DNA of 64,000 nucleotides from an uncultured cyanobacterium (GTDB lineage: Bacteria; Cyanobacteriota; Cyanobacteriia; Cyanobacteriales; CAWUOF01): NCBI GenBank assembly GCA_963744145.1, contig CAVUSO010000001.1, positions 5,568,001 to 5,632,000 on the forward strand, read 5' to 3'. Positions 41,710 through 52,511 of the stretch are shown here, one piece after another (position 1 is the stretch's first letter; each line of letters begins with the position of its first letter). A program made the translations under genes and the position numbers. The notes under the pieces are model-generated. The model worked only from the letters and a program-made list of their open reading frames with translations. It was not told where the DNA came from and made no database searches.

Positions 41710-43824
41710 ATGGCCATCATATTTGGAATTTTTTTCATCGCCATTTTAGGAATGGGAATATTTACGGTAGGCAATTTACGCAACAAAGTTAATCAAGAAA
41801 TTTCTCAAATGCGAGAAGAATCAAAACAATTAACTAAAACAGCCCAAGAAATTGCTCGGATTGCTGATGAAGTAAAAGTCGGTGGAGAGTCACAAATTCG
41901 CTCACTAGAAGAAACCGTCAACGGCACTAGCCAAATGACCAAATCCCTGCAAGAAACAGCAGCTCAAGCTGAAACAGTCACCACCTTATCCGAAGAATTA
42001 GTCGCAGCAGTCAACGAAATGGGAGCTTCGATCGAAGAAGTGACCAAAAACACCACCGACTTAGCTATGGGGATCAGTGAAACTGCCACAGCGATCGAAA
42101 CCTCATCATTATCAATTAAATCCTTGGCAATCAGTGCCCAGGAAATGGCAACTTCTTCCACCCAAGTCAGCACTTCCATTAACCAAATTGCTGCATCAAT
42201 TAAAAACCTTAATCGCGATACAGAAACTTTAGCTACTTCCATTAACGAAACAGCAGCTTCCGTAGAAGAAATGACGCGATCGATCCAAGGAGTAGCTAAC
42301 AATGCTGATGATTTAACCTCAGCTTCAGAACAAACAACAGCTTCGATGACAGAAATGGCTACCTCGATCGAAGAAGTATCAGCTACTACCGAAAACTTAG
42401 CTGGGATCGTGCAAGAAGTAGCAGGTTCAATGGAAGAAATGTCTTCCTCCGTCCAGGGGGTAGCGCAAAATGCTGATCGGATTACCAACGCTGCTACTAA
42501 TGCTGCTACTAGTGCTACCCAACTCGATCGCTCGATCCGTTCTGTGACCAATCTGACCAAACAAGCAACAGATATTACCCAGCGAGTCAGACGGGATGCG
42601 GAGGAAGGGGGAGCAACGGTTCAAAAAGCCATTAACGGTTTAGGTCGAGTCCGAGAATCGATGGTTCAATCAGCAGAAGTAATTCGGGAAATGGGTAAGC
42701 GTACCAATGAAATTAGCAGTATCGTCGATGCGATTAACCTAATTTCCGAGCGCACTAATTTATTATCTTTAAATGCTTCGATCGAAGCGGCTCGAGCTGG
42801 AGAAGCTGGACGCGGTTTTGCCGTAGTAGCTGAAGAAATTCGCAACTTAGCAGATCGAGCTGCCCAAGCAACCACAGATATTGCTAGTATTATCAAATCA
42901 TTGCAATCAGTAGTCAATGAAGCGGTATCTACTTCCAATGAAGGTGTGCGCGTAGCAGAAGAAAGCGGTAATTTAGCCGAAGCTGGTGTAAATGGCTTGA
43001 AAAAAATTCTTGATGGGATCGAAGAAACATCGCTATTAGTAGCTCAAATTAACCGTGCTTCTGAAGAACAATTACTCGCGGGTACTAATGTAGTTAATGC
43101 GGTCAATACTACAGCCAATCAGGCCAAAGAAGTAGCATTTGCTACCAATGAACAAGCAAAAACTGCCAACATGATCCTTCAATCGACCTTACAAACCCGG
43201 AAAGTAACCCAGCAAGTAACTATCGCCATGAATGAGCAAGCAAAAGCAGTTCGAGATGTCATGAAAGCCGCCCAAAACACGAACAATTTAGCTGGTCAAG
43301 TTCGCAAAGCTACCACCGAACAAGCTAATGGGATTAACCAAATTATGAAAGCTGTGGAAATTATGCGTAAGGGGGCAAATACTACTAGTCGAGCTTTGGC
43401 AGAACAAACTATAGCTGGAGAACAAATTACTCAAGCAACTAATCAGATGGCTAAGTTAGTTAACAGTGTTAGTAAAGAAATAGACCAACAAGCTGCTAAC
43501 GCTAATCAGATTACTAAATCAGCCGACAATATGCGCCGACAATCACAACAAGTTGCCCGGGCAATGACTGAACAAAGTCGGGCAGTTAAGGATATGTATG
43601 ATGTCGTGCAAAATGTAGCCAAACAAATTTCTTTGATTACTCGTTCTAATCGTGAACACTCTAGTATATCAGCTAAGATACTTAATTCGATCGCCGAGAT
43701 TCGGGTGATCACTGAGCGGAACTTTCAAGGAGTAAAAACCACTTTGCAATATACCGTTGATTTACTAGAACGGGCTCGAGTATTAACAGCAATTACCGAT
43801 CGCTTAAACGGTAACAGGAGCTAA
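41710..43824 (+). CDS. Methyl-accepting chemotaxis protein, sensorless, very long hairpin
   Basis: One N-terminal TM helix; tip [33 protein letters not shown] centred at residue ~365 of 704. Confidence 0.93.
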   Translation: MAIIFGIFFIAILGMGIFTVGNLRNKVNQEISQMREESKQLTKTAQEIARIADEVKVGGESQIRSLEETVNGTSQMTKSLQETAAQAETVTTLSEELVAAVNEMGASIEEVTKNTTDLAMGISETATAIETSSLSIKSLAISAQEMATSSTQVSTSINQIAASIKNLNRDTETLATSINETAASVEEMTRSIQGVANNADDLTSASEQTTASMTEMATSIEEVSATTENLAGIVQEVAGSMEEMSSSVQGVAQNADRITNAATNAATSATQLDRSIRSVTNLTKQATDITQRVRRDAEEGGATVQKAINGLGRVRESMVQSAEVIREMGKRTNEISSIVDAINLISERTNLLSLNASIEAARAGEAGRGFAVVAEEIRNLADRAAQATTDIASIIKSLQSVVNEAVSTSNEGVRVAEESGNLAEAGVNGLKKILDGIEETSLLVAQINRASEEQLLAGTNVVNAVNTTANQAKEVAFATNEQAKTANMILQSTLQTRKVTQQVTIAMNEQAKAVRDVMKAAQNTNNLAGQVRKATTEQANGINQIMKAVEIMRKGANTTSRALAEQTIAGEQITQATNQMAKLVNSVSKEIDQQAANANQITKSADNMRRQSQQVARAMTEQSRAVKDMYDVVQNVAKQISLITRSNREHSSISAKILNSIAEIRVITERNFQGVKTTLQYTVDLLERARVLTAITDRLNGNRS

Positions 43825-43880
43825 AAAAATTAGGAATGATCTAGCCTAATCGCCAATTAAAACCGATATCATTAATCACC

Positions 43881-46723
43881 ATGACTAACCAACCTGGAAT
43901 ATATATCTTTACAACTGATGCTCATCTCTTCGTATTATCTTGGGATAGCAATCTAGCCCAAGTAACACAAATACCAACTCAGGTCGCCTGTGGTCAACAG
44001 CTAACAGCACTGATTCCCGACTTAGCACAGCGAGGTTTACTGGCAAGATTTGAACGAGTTTTGACCCAAGGGGTCATAGAAACTTTAGCACCAGCATTTC
44101 ATCATTATCTAATTCCCTGTCTCCCACCAACCGGAGCTAAATATTTTGACAAAATGCAACAAAGGGTAACTATTACCCCCCTGCGAGAGGGAAACGATCT
44201 ATTGGATAATTCCAGCAAACGTATTACTGGCATCATTGTTACCATCGAAGATGTCACTGCTCGGTTAGAAAAAGAACGGGATTTAGCCGCACAATTGGCT
44301 AGCCCGAACGAAAGCGATCGAGTCAGAGCCGCTCAGGAACTGGCTAATACCCAAAGCTCAGACCCAATTGAAGTCCCAACAACTCCAGAAAAATCTCCGT
44401 TAATGTTAGCTTTGGGAAACGAAAGTTGGCGAGTGCGTCAGATTGTGGTAGATAACCTAGCAGTCAAAGCCGATCCTAGCACCACGGCAATGTTGCTGCG
44501 AACCCTACGGGAAGAACATCGCAATCTCAGTGTTTTAAATAGCACATTGCAAGTATTAGCCCTGAGTAATATCGATGTAGTCGCACCCTTAATTGAATTT
44601 TTGCAAGATCCCGATGAAGAATTGCGAACTTACGCAGCTTTGGCTTTAGGCGATCGCCAAGATCCCCGGTCGGTTCCTGCTCTGATTGTCGCAGTCCAAT
44701 CCGATCCAGATATAAATGTGCGCTATCACGCGATCGAAGCTTTAGGTAAACTACACCCACCCGAAGCTACGGAAGCTTTACTCGCGATCGCCCTATCCCG
44801 AGATTTTTTCCTGGGCTTTCCGGCGCTAGATGCTTTAAGGCAAATTGGTGATACTAGCATTGCCCCTCGGTTAGTCCCCTTACTCGCAGATCGGTTACTT
44901 TGTTCCCCGACCGCAGTCGCTTTAGGATTACTAGGTGATCAAGAAGTCGTTCAGCCTTTAGTCCAGTTGCTCAATCAAGTCAATGCACCGACCAGAGCGA
45001 TCGCCCAATCCTTAGCTGCTTTATATCACCGCTATGAAAACTTGTACGGAGAAGGGCCTCATATTAGTGATTTATTTCAAGAAAGTGTGACCCTGAATGG
45101 CTGCCAAAATCTCCTAGATAGCCTATCTGTGGCAAATCCAGAAGAACTCAAAAGTCTGGTATTGTTATTGGGCTGGGTAGATAACCAGGAATGTGCCAAA
45201 GCACTCACCCGTTTACTCAGTGAACCCGCCGTTCGTAAAGAAGTAGTAGAAGCTTTAGTACGTTATGGCGAAGGTGTCAGCGAACTATTAATAGAGCAAT
45301 TAGAATCCCAGGATTTAGAAACCAGATCAGCCGCCATCGTTGCCCTGGGACGGATCGGCGATACTCGCTCAGTTGGGATTTTAATCAAATTATTAAAAGT
45401 AGATCCAGAATTATCGATCGCCGCAGCTAATGCTTTAGCCCGGATTGGCGATCGTTCCGCTTTTACCCCCCTCTTAAATTTATTGGGACACCAAGATGCG
45501 GGAGTCCGTCAAGCAGCGATCGCTGCTTTGAATTCTCTCGGGCATCCTGATATGCCCCAACATTTACAGACCCTATTGCGGGATGAAAGTGCTTATGTGC
45601 GCGAGTCAGCGGTGAAAATAGCTGGCTATTTTGCTTTTACAGAATGCTTAGAACTGTTTTTACAATCTTGTCAAGATCCGGATGAACGAGTCCGACGGGC
45701 AGCGATCGAACATTTGCCTTATGTGACTGAAGACGAACAGGAAATTCTCCCGATTTTGGCCGCCGCCCTGGCCAGAGAAACTCCCAACGTGCGAGCCGCC
45801 GCCACCCGAGTTTTAGCTCAGATTAATGCTAATCTGGCTTTTCCCTATCTGAAAACCGCGATCGCCGATGCTGATCCTTGGGTTCGTTATTATGCAGCTC
45901 GTTCCATGGGTATACATGGCTATCCGGAAGCTCTGGAGGATTTGGCGCATCTAGTCCAAAGAGATCCAGCCCATCAAGTCCGAGCCGCTGCTGTGGAAGG
46001 ACTGGGGCGCATTGGGAGTATCCGGGCGGTCACGATTCTGGCTCCATTAGTCCTCGGATTGGCCCAAAGAGGTAGCGATGATGGTGAACTAACTCGGACA
46101 GCAATTCGCGCTCTGGGAAATATCGGACATCCCGATGCGGTGCCATTATTACTGAATGTATTGCGATCACCTCTGGCCCACGCCGCATTGATGCCTGTAT
46201 TGCTTTAGGAGAAAGAGGTGGACAACAAGCTGTGGATGCTTTGCAATGGATCGCCGGCTCTGATCCCGATCCCCAAGTGGTGCAAGCGGCGATCGAAGCG
46301 TTAGCGCAAATGTGTAGTTCCGAGTCGATCGCTGCACTAATCGAACTGATTGCCGATCACCAGCGTGTTAATGCTTGTATTGCTGTGCTGGTGCGTCTCA
46401 ATAGTCAACCTCTTGTGGCTTTGGAACAGCAAATCGAATGGATTGGGCGGGGTTTACATCATCCCCATGCTGGAGTGCGTTGTGGTGTGATCGAAATTCT
46501 CACCCGTCTCAAACATCCCCATGCTTCCGAATTACTGATTTCTGCTCTTGGAGATCAGGATGCTTCTGTACGTCTCTATGCGGTGCGCTCTCTCAAACAC
46601 TTGGGCAATCGTTATGCCCAAGAGCAACTCTCTTCCTTAGCCCGAAATGACCCCGATGCTGCTGTTCGTCGTGCCGCCCAAAAGGTGCTGCAAACGCAAT
46701 TTCTCCCCTTCAATCAATCATAG
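43881..46723 (+). CDS. PAS + HEAT-repeat protein, split by a frameshift at ~46170 (track ORFs 43881-46208 and 46232-46723)
   Basis: N-terminal PAS-like segment (IFTTD..SW..ACGQQLTALIPDL..IVTIEDVT) then many VRxxAxxALG repeats; the second frame reads RRIDACIALGERGG upstream of 46232. Confidence 0.85.
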
Positions 46724-47006
46724 CAAATGAGGATTTAGGATTCCTCACTTGTTAACGCTGAATTGATTATATATGAGCAAGAATAAATCGGCAAAGTGCA
46801 ACTCTAGTCAAGAAAATTAAGGATTTTCTTTGGCTACTGATGCTAGTTTGAAAATGCCATATTTCTCTCTTGACTTGATCACTCTGAGTAGTTAGTAAGC
46901 CTGCCGCAATTTTAATGCTCGAATGTTCCCTAATGACTGGTTAATTAATCACTCATTACCCAAAACTAACTTGGATTTCTAAAAACCTTAAAAATGCGAG
47001 TCAAAA

Positions 47007-47846
47007 ATGCGAATTCCGGAACGAATTAATTTATCTGATAATATATTTATGATCTTGCGAGATTTGATTCATGAACGCACAGGAGTATATTATGATAGCA
47101 GCAAGCATGATATTTTAGCAGATCGACTTTCCCCACGTTTATTTGAACAAGGTCTTGATTCTTTTTTAGACTACTACTATTTGCTCAAATACGATTTAAA
47201 AGCTGAAGAAGAATGGAAATATGTAGTCGATGCTCTGGCGGTACTAGAAACTTTTTTTTATCGAGAATTTGATCAAATCCAAGCTCTGGTAGATGTATTA
47301 GTACCAGCATATTTTGCTCGTAACAGTAAAGAAACTTTACGGATTTGGAGTGCTGCTTGTGCGACTGGAGAAGAACCCCTAACGATCGCTATAGCACTGA
47401 ATGAAGCAGGCTATTTTCATCGTTTTCCAATTGAAATTTATGCGACTGATGCTAGTAATAAAGCCATTTTAAAAGCTAAACAAGGAATTTATCGTGAACG
47501 CTCTTTTCGCAATTTTTCGGTGGAATTACGATCAAAATATTTTCAAGAAATTGAACCAGGAAATTGGCAAATATACCCAGAAATATTCAATAAAATTAAA
47601 TGGGGAACAGTGAATTTGATTGTCCCATCTCAAGTTAATCTATTTGCTAATTCATCGATGATATTTTGCCGAAATGTCTTTATCTATTTTTCGGAAAAAG
47701 CCATTCGCCAAACGGTCAAATTATTTGCTGAAAAAATGCCTGTGCCGGGGTATTTATTTGTCGGTGCTTCTGAATCTCTATTAAAATTAAGCAATGATTT
47801 TACCTTACAAGAAATTAATGGAGCATTTGTATATGTAAAAAACTAA
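47007..47846 (+). CDS. cheR: Chemotaxis methyltransferase CheR
   Basis: ETFFYRE, RIWSAACATGEEP, IFCRNVFIYF, GYLFVGASESL. Confidence 0.95.
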   Translation: MRIPERINLSDNIFMILRDLIHERTGVYYDSSKHDILADRLSPRLFEQGLDSFLDYYYLLKYDLKAEEEWKYVVDALAVLETFFYREFDQIQALVDVLVPAYFARNSKETLRIWSAACATGEEPLTIAIALNEAGYFHRFPIEIYATDASNKAILKAKQGIYRERSFRNFSVELRSKYFQEIEPGNWQIYPEIFNKIKWGTVNLIVPSQVNLFANSSMIFCRNVFIYFSEKAIRQTVKLFAEKMPVPGYLFVGASESLLKLSNDFTLQEINGAFVYVKN

Positions 47847-48057
47847 AAATGAATTTTTTTCAAAAATTAATGTGAATTTGGTTGACTAATCTGTATAATT
47901 AACTTAGGTAAAGTTTTTTGAGTGACTCTAGTTTATACTAGCTTAACCCAAAACTAAAAATCAACTCTAATATCGCCGCAATGTGGGGTTTAATTTGTTA
48001 GTAAAGTACCCTACAGAATAAGGAAAAAATAAGTAAAAACATAACCAGGATAAAAAA

Positions 48058-49107
48058 ATGGAGCAAGTTTTACGGGTTTTAGTAGTAGATGATTCTGCAT
48101 ATATCCGTAAGGTAGTCAAGCAAATGCTATCTCGTAGTCCTTTTATCGAAGTGGTGGGTACTGCTCGTGATGGGCAGGAAGCATTAGAACTGGTGTCACA
48201 GCTCAAACCGGACGTAGTAACATTAGATTTAATTATGCCCAATATGGATGGGGTGCAGTTTTTGCAGAAGCAGATGGCAGAACAACCAATTCCAGTTGTG
48301 GTAGTAAGTATTGCGAGTGAGGGTGGTGAACAAGCGTTAGCTGCTCTAGACGCAGGAGCAGTTGATTTTGTCCAAAAGCCAACCGCATTAGCAACCGAAA
48401 AGATTTTTGAAATTAGCGATGAATTAATCGAAAAAGTTAAAGCTGCTGCTCAGGTGCCTCTGATGCGTCTACCTACTATGCCCCCACCGGAACCAAAATT
48501 ACCTGCTGCTTTGCTATTTACTAACCGTCCCAAAATCGATCTAGTGGTTTTAGGTATTTCCACAGGAGGTCCCCAAGCCTTGAGTTATCTAATTCCCCAA
48601 TTCCCAGCTAATTTACCGATTCCGATCGCCATAGTTTTACATATGCCGGTGGGCTATACAGAAATGTATGCTCATCGATTAAATGAAATGTCAAATCTGG
48701 AGGTAGTGGAAGCTAGTCAAGGTGATGTACTACGTCCGGGAACGGTATTTATTGCTCCTGCTGGACGACATTTAACTTTTATCCGTCAAGCAAATGGTCA
48801 AGTGATCACTCATCTCGATGCTCGTCCCTTCGATACTCTGCATCGTCCTAGTGTTGATGTCATGTTTCAATCAGCCGCAGAAGTATTCGGCGATCGAGTT
48901 TTAGGTGTAGTGATGACAGGAATGGGATCAGATGGCAAACAGGGTGCGGCTTGGATTAAATCTCATGGTGGTACAATTTTTACCGAAGCTGAGGAAACTT
49001 GTGTGGTCTATGGAATGCCCCGTTGTGTAGTCGAAGCCAATTTGAGTGACAAAATTGTGCCCTTACAAGAAGTCACATCAGCTATTCTCGCCCAATTGTC
49101 ATTGTAG
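48058..49107 (+). CDS. cheB: Chemotaxis methylesterase CheB (receiver + esterase)
   Basis: VVDDS, GISTGGP, HMP, RPSVD, MTGMGSDG, VVYGMP. Confidence 0.96.
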   Translation: MEQVLRVLVVDDSAYIRKVVKQMLSRSPFIEVVGTARDGQEALELVSQLKPDVVTLDLIMPNMDGVQFLQKQMAEQPIPVVVVSIASEGGEQALAALDAGAVDFVQKPTALATEKIFEISDELIEKVKAAAQVPLMRLPTMPPPEPKLPAALLFTNRPKIDLVVLGISTGGPQALSYLIPQFPANLPIPIAIVLHMPVGYTEMYAHRLNEMSNLEVVEASQGDVLRPGTVFIAPAGRHLTFIRQANGQVITHLDARPFDTLHRPSVDVMFQSAAEVFGDRVLGVVMTGMGSDGKQGAAWIKSHGGTIFTEAEETCVVYGMPRCVVEANLSDKIVPLQEVTSAILAQLSL

Positions 49108-49235
49108 CAATTTGATCTAGGGATAGTTTCAATAACCAGCTGCCATGGAAAGCATTGCCTGTTGATCTCGAAGATTTGCTAGTGGTGCTTTCTGACAGTT
49201 GTTGTTATTCAAGCTCATGGTAAAAGGAGTTTTTC

Positions 49236-49895
49236 ATGTTAATTAGCGATCGCCAAAAATCTGCTCTTACCCTGCTAATTAAAATGGCATTTTCTCGAGT
49301 TAATGAAACTTCACTGGCTGATTTAGTTGGTGCTCCTATTGTCATTAAAATGTCGGAAATTTCCCTTTGTCCAGTCAGCAGAATGACTGAAGAATTTGCC
49401 CTGTTGTTTCCGGAAGAGATCATTAGTGTCCACCAAAGTTTTACTGGCTATATGTCAGGGGATGCCCTGTTGATATTTGATTATTGTAATGCGCTCAGAC
49501 TGATCAATTTAATTGACAAAAATCATGAGTTACCCCGGAATTATATCGATACAACAGCGCGTGATATGCTGATTGAAATCGGCAATATCTTATTAAATAA
49601 TTATTTGGGTATATTAACTAATTGGTTGCAAATTCAAATGTCTTTTACTGTGCCTTCTTTACAGGTAAATTTATTATCTGAGCTGATCAATTCTTTGATA
49701 GTTGGGAAAAATGAATTGCGCTATTGTTTAGTAACACCAGCAACTTTTTATCTTGATGATCAAGTAATTAATGCTAATCTAAATCTCGTTTCTGGTGTGG
49801 TGTCTCTCCACATTTTAATTAAGGCGATCGAAATCTGGGCTGATCTAACTAATGTTTCTTCTGCCAAAATGAACCAAGAATTTAGATTTGACTAA
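49236..49895 (+). CDS. cheC: CheC-like phosphatase
   Basis: QSFTGYMSGDALLIF and DMLIEIGNILLN (ExxN); the first ExxN site appears degenerate. Confidence 0.75.
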   Translation: MLISDRQKSALTLLIKMAFSRVNETSLADLVGAPIVIKMSEISLCPVSRMTEEFALLFPEEIISVHQSFTGYMSGDALLIFDYCNALRLINLIDKNHELPRNYIDTTARDMLIEIGNILLNNYLGILTNWLQIQMSFTVPSLQVNLLSELINSLIVGKNELRYCLVTPATFYLDDQVINANLNLVSGVVSLHILIKAIEIWADLTNVSSAKMNQEFRFD

Positions 49896-50090
49896 AAATT
49901 AGACCCCTGACCAAAATCACGGTAGATCGAGATCTTGTCTGTCCCACCGCAAGTCTGGGTTGATGGTGGGACAGTGCTACGGTGAACTTTTGCCAGAATT
50001 CTCATGTACATAAAGTGGTAAAGTTGGCGCACAAGCGCTACTACATACCTAGTGCTATTAATTACTGGCGATCGCACCAAAGGAGATGGG

Positions 50091-50750
50091 ATGATTAGCT
50101 TCCCACAAATCTTAATGCGCTTAATGTCTGCGTTCGTGCTGACGGGATTAATTGGGTTAGAGCGTTCCACCCACGATCGCGCTAGTGGTTTTCGGACTCA
50201 CATTCTAGTAGGATTAGGTTCAGCGCTGATTACCTTGACTTCTATCTATGGTTTTCCACCTAATCAGGTTGGTAATGCTGATCCAGCTCGTCTCTCGATT
50301 CAAATTGTCTCGGGCATTGGATTTTTAGGAGCAGGTGCGATTCTACGCTATGGGATGTCAGTTCGAGGACTAACTACAGCCGCGAGTCTCTGGACTTCTG
50401 CTGGACTTGGAATTGCTTGTGGGACTGCTTTTTATTTACCAGCGATCGTGACTACTCTATTAGTCATCATTACTCTCAGACCTTTGGAGAGATTGGAGTC
50501 CCAACTAGAAATCGGATCAGGAGGTCATCGCATTTGGATTTATACCAATCGTCATGAGACGAGCTTAGAAGTAGTCCAAAAGCATTTAGATAAATTTCCT
50601 TTAATCCTCAAAAGAATTGAAGTTACTTTTGATGAAGAGGGAAACCAATTAATCACACTGTCATTGATGAAAAGAATGCCGACGGGGATGTTAATTGTCC
50701 TGCTAGAAGATTTAGCCGCTTTACCTGGGATTAAAAAAGTAGAGGTTTAA
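50091..50750 (+). CDS. MgtC/SapB family membrane protein
   Basis: IGLER..SGFRTHILV, DPARLSIQIVSGIGFLGAG, GLTTAASLW. Confidence 0.93.
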   Translation: MISFPQILMRLMSAFVLTGLIGLERSTHDRASGFRTHILVGLGSALITLTSIYGFPPNQVGNADPARLSIQIVSGIGFLGAGAILRYGMSVRGLTTAASLWTSAGLGIACGTAFYLPAIVTTLLVIITLRPLERLESQLEIGSGGHRIWIYTNRHETSLEVVQKHLDKFPLILKRIEVTFDEEGNQLITLSLMKRMPTGMLIVLLEDLAALPGIKKVEV

Positions 50751-50751
50751 A

Positions 50752-52488
50752 ATGTATCCACCATCTCGAAATTCCAAAGTCAAATTTCGCCCTCAGTGGG
50801 GTGTACCTGATTTGGTTTTTTTGCTGATTTTATTTCTCGTGATCTTGGCAATTATCAAAACTGCTTCTAATTTTGGTGGTCATTATGATACTAATTTAGT
50901 CGAAATTGAAACTACTCCTAATGTCTTACCAGCCTACGCAGCTCAAACTTTGTTGCGGATGGTGAGTGCTTATATAGTATCCTTAGTTTTTACTTTGGTA
51001 TATGCCTATTCAGCTTATCGCTCTCGGGCCGCAGAAATGATTCTAATTCCTTTATTGGATATATTGCAATCAATTCCGGTTTTATCATTTTTACCAGGCG
51101 TAGTTCTAGCTTTAATTGCCTTATTTCCAGGTCAAAGAATCGGGGTAGAATTAGCATCAATTGTGCTAATTTTTACAGGGATGACTTGGAACATGACTTT
51201 TAGTTTTTATCAGTCGCTGCGAAGTATCCCACGCGAATTAAAAGAAGCAGCTAGTATTTATAGACTTAATCTTTGGCAAAGATTTTGGAATTTAGAATTA
51301 CCCGTTGGTGTCATTGGTTTAGTCTGGAATAGTGTCATGTCAGTTGCGGGTGGTTGGTTTTTTTTAATGGCGATCGAATCTTTTACGTTAGGAGAACAGA
51401 AGTTTAATTTACCTGGATTAGGTTCTTATTTAGCTAAAGCGGCTGATAAGGGAGACTATGGAGCAATTGGATGGGGATTAGCAGTTTTAATTGGCATTAT
51501 TATTGCCATTGACTTCTTCATCTGGCGGCCATTGATTAGCTGGGCAGAAAAATTTAAAATGGAAATGGTAGAAGCCCAAAATACTCCCCAATCTTCTGTA
51601 TTAGATTTTCTGCGCCGATCGCCAACTTTAAGAGTTTTGAGTGACAAGCTTTTCAAGCCTTTACAAAAAAATATGGATCATGTTTTTATTGAAGCTTTTC
51701 CCCTCCGAGCTGGATCAACTAAAAGCGCAGAGTTTGAATGGGGAAAATGGTTAACCTATGTGTGCTTATTTGGATTTGGTATTCTCGTTTTTTGGGGAAT
51801 GGGCGAAGCATGGCAAATGCTGCAAACCTTAAACCTCCAAAATTGGCAAACCATAGTATTAAGCGCAATCATCACAGCTTTGCGGGTAATTATTGCCTTA
51901 ATTCTTTCCCTAGCATGGACTGTCCCAGTGGGAGTAAGTATTGGGAGAAATCCGAAATTATCTCAATTATTACAACCGATTGTGCAAATTGCTGCTTCTG
52001 TACCAGCAACTGCCCTATTTCCACCTTTACTATTATTATTAATTAAGGTTGGTGGTGGCTTAGAAATTGGTTCGGTGGCACTAATGATGTTAGGCACAAT
52101 GTGGTATATCCTCTTTAATGTGATTGCTGGTGCCCAATCAATTCCTGAAGATTTGTTAGAAGCTGCTCGGATTTATAAGTTATCTCTATGGCAGCGTTGG
52201 GAAACCATTATTCTCCCTGGAATATTTCCCTATTTAATCACGGGCATAATTACCGCTGTAGGCGGAGCATGGAATGCTAGTATTGTTAGTGAATACGTCA
52301 ATTTTCAAGGACAAACCATTGCTGCACCAGGATTGGGAGCGCTAATTTCTGAAGCAACAGCAAAAGGAAATTTTGATGTCTTATTAGCATCAACAATGGT
52401 CATGTCTTTTTTAGTGGTACTCACGAATCGCTTAGTTTGGCGTCCACTTTACCGATTAGCCCAAGAGAAGTATCAACTGTTACTATAG
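50752..52488 (+). CDS. ABC transporter permease (tandem NitT/TauT-type domains)
   Basis: LDILQSIPVLSFLP, WNSVMSVAGGWFFL, GGAWNASIVSE. Confidence 0.9.
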   Translation: MYPPSRNSKVKFRPQWGVPDLVFLLILFLVILAIIKTASNFGGHYDTNLVEIETTPNVLPAYAAQTLLRMVSAYIVSLVFTLVYAYSAYRSRAAEMILIPLLDILQSIPVLSFLPGVVLALIALFPGQRIGVELASIVLIFTGMTWNMTFSFYQSLRSIPRELKEAASIYRLNLWQRFWNLELPVGVIGLVWNSVMSVAGGWFFLMAIESFTLGEQKFNLPGLGSYLAKAADKGDYGAIGWGLAVLIGIIIAIDFFIWRPLISWAEKFKMEMVEAQNTPQSSVLDFLRRSPTLRVLSDKLFKPLQKNMDHVFIEAFPLRAGSTKSAEFEWGKWLTYVCLFGFGILVFWGMGEAWQMLQTLNLQNWQTIVLSAIITALRVIIALILSLAWTVPVGVSIGRNPKLSQLLQPIVQIAASVPATALFPPLLLLLIKVGGGLEIGSVALMMLGTMWYILFNVIAGAQSIPEDLLEAARIYKLSLWQRWETIILPGIFPYLITGIITAVGGAWNASIVSEYVNFQGQTIAAPGLGALISEATAKGNFDVLLASTMVMSFLVVLTNRLVWRPLYRLAQEKYQLLL

Positions 52489-52511
52489 TCTTAGTAGTTA
52501 ATCAGTAGCAT

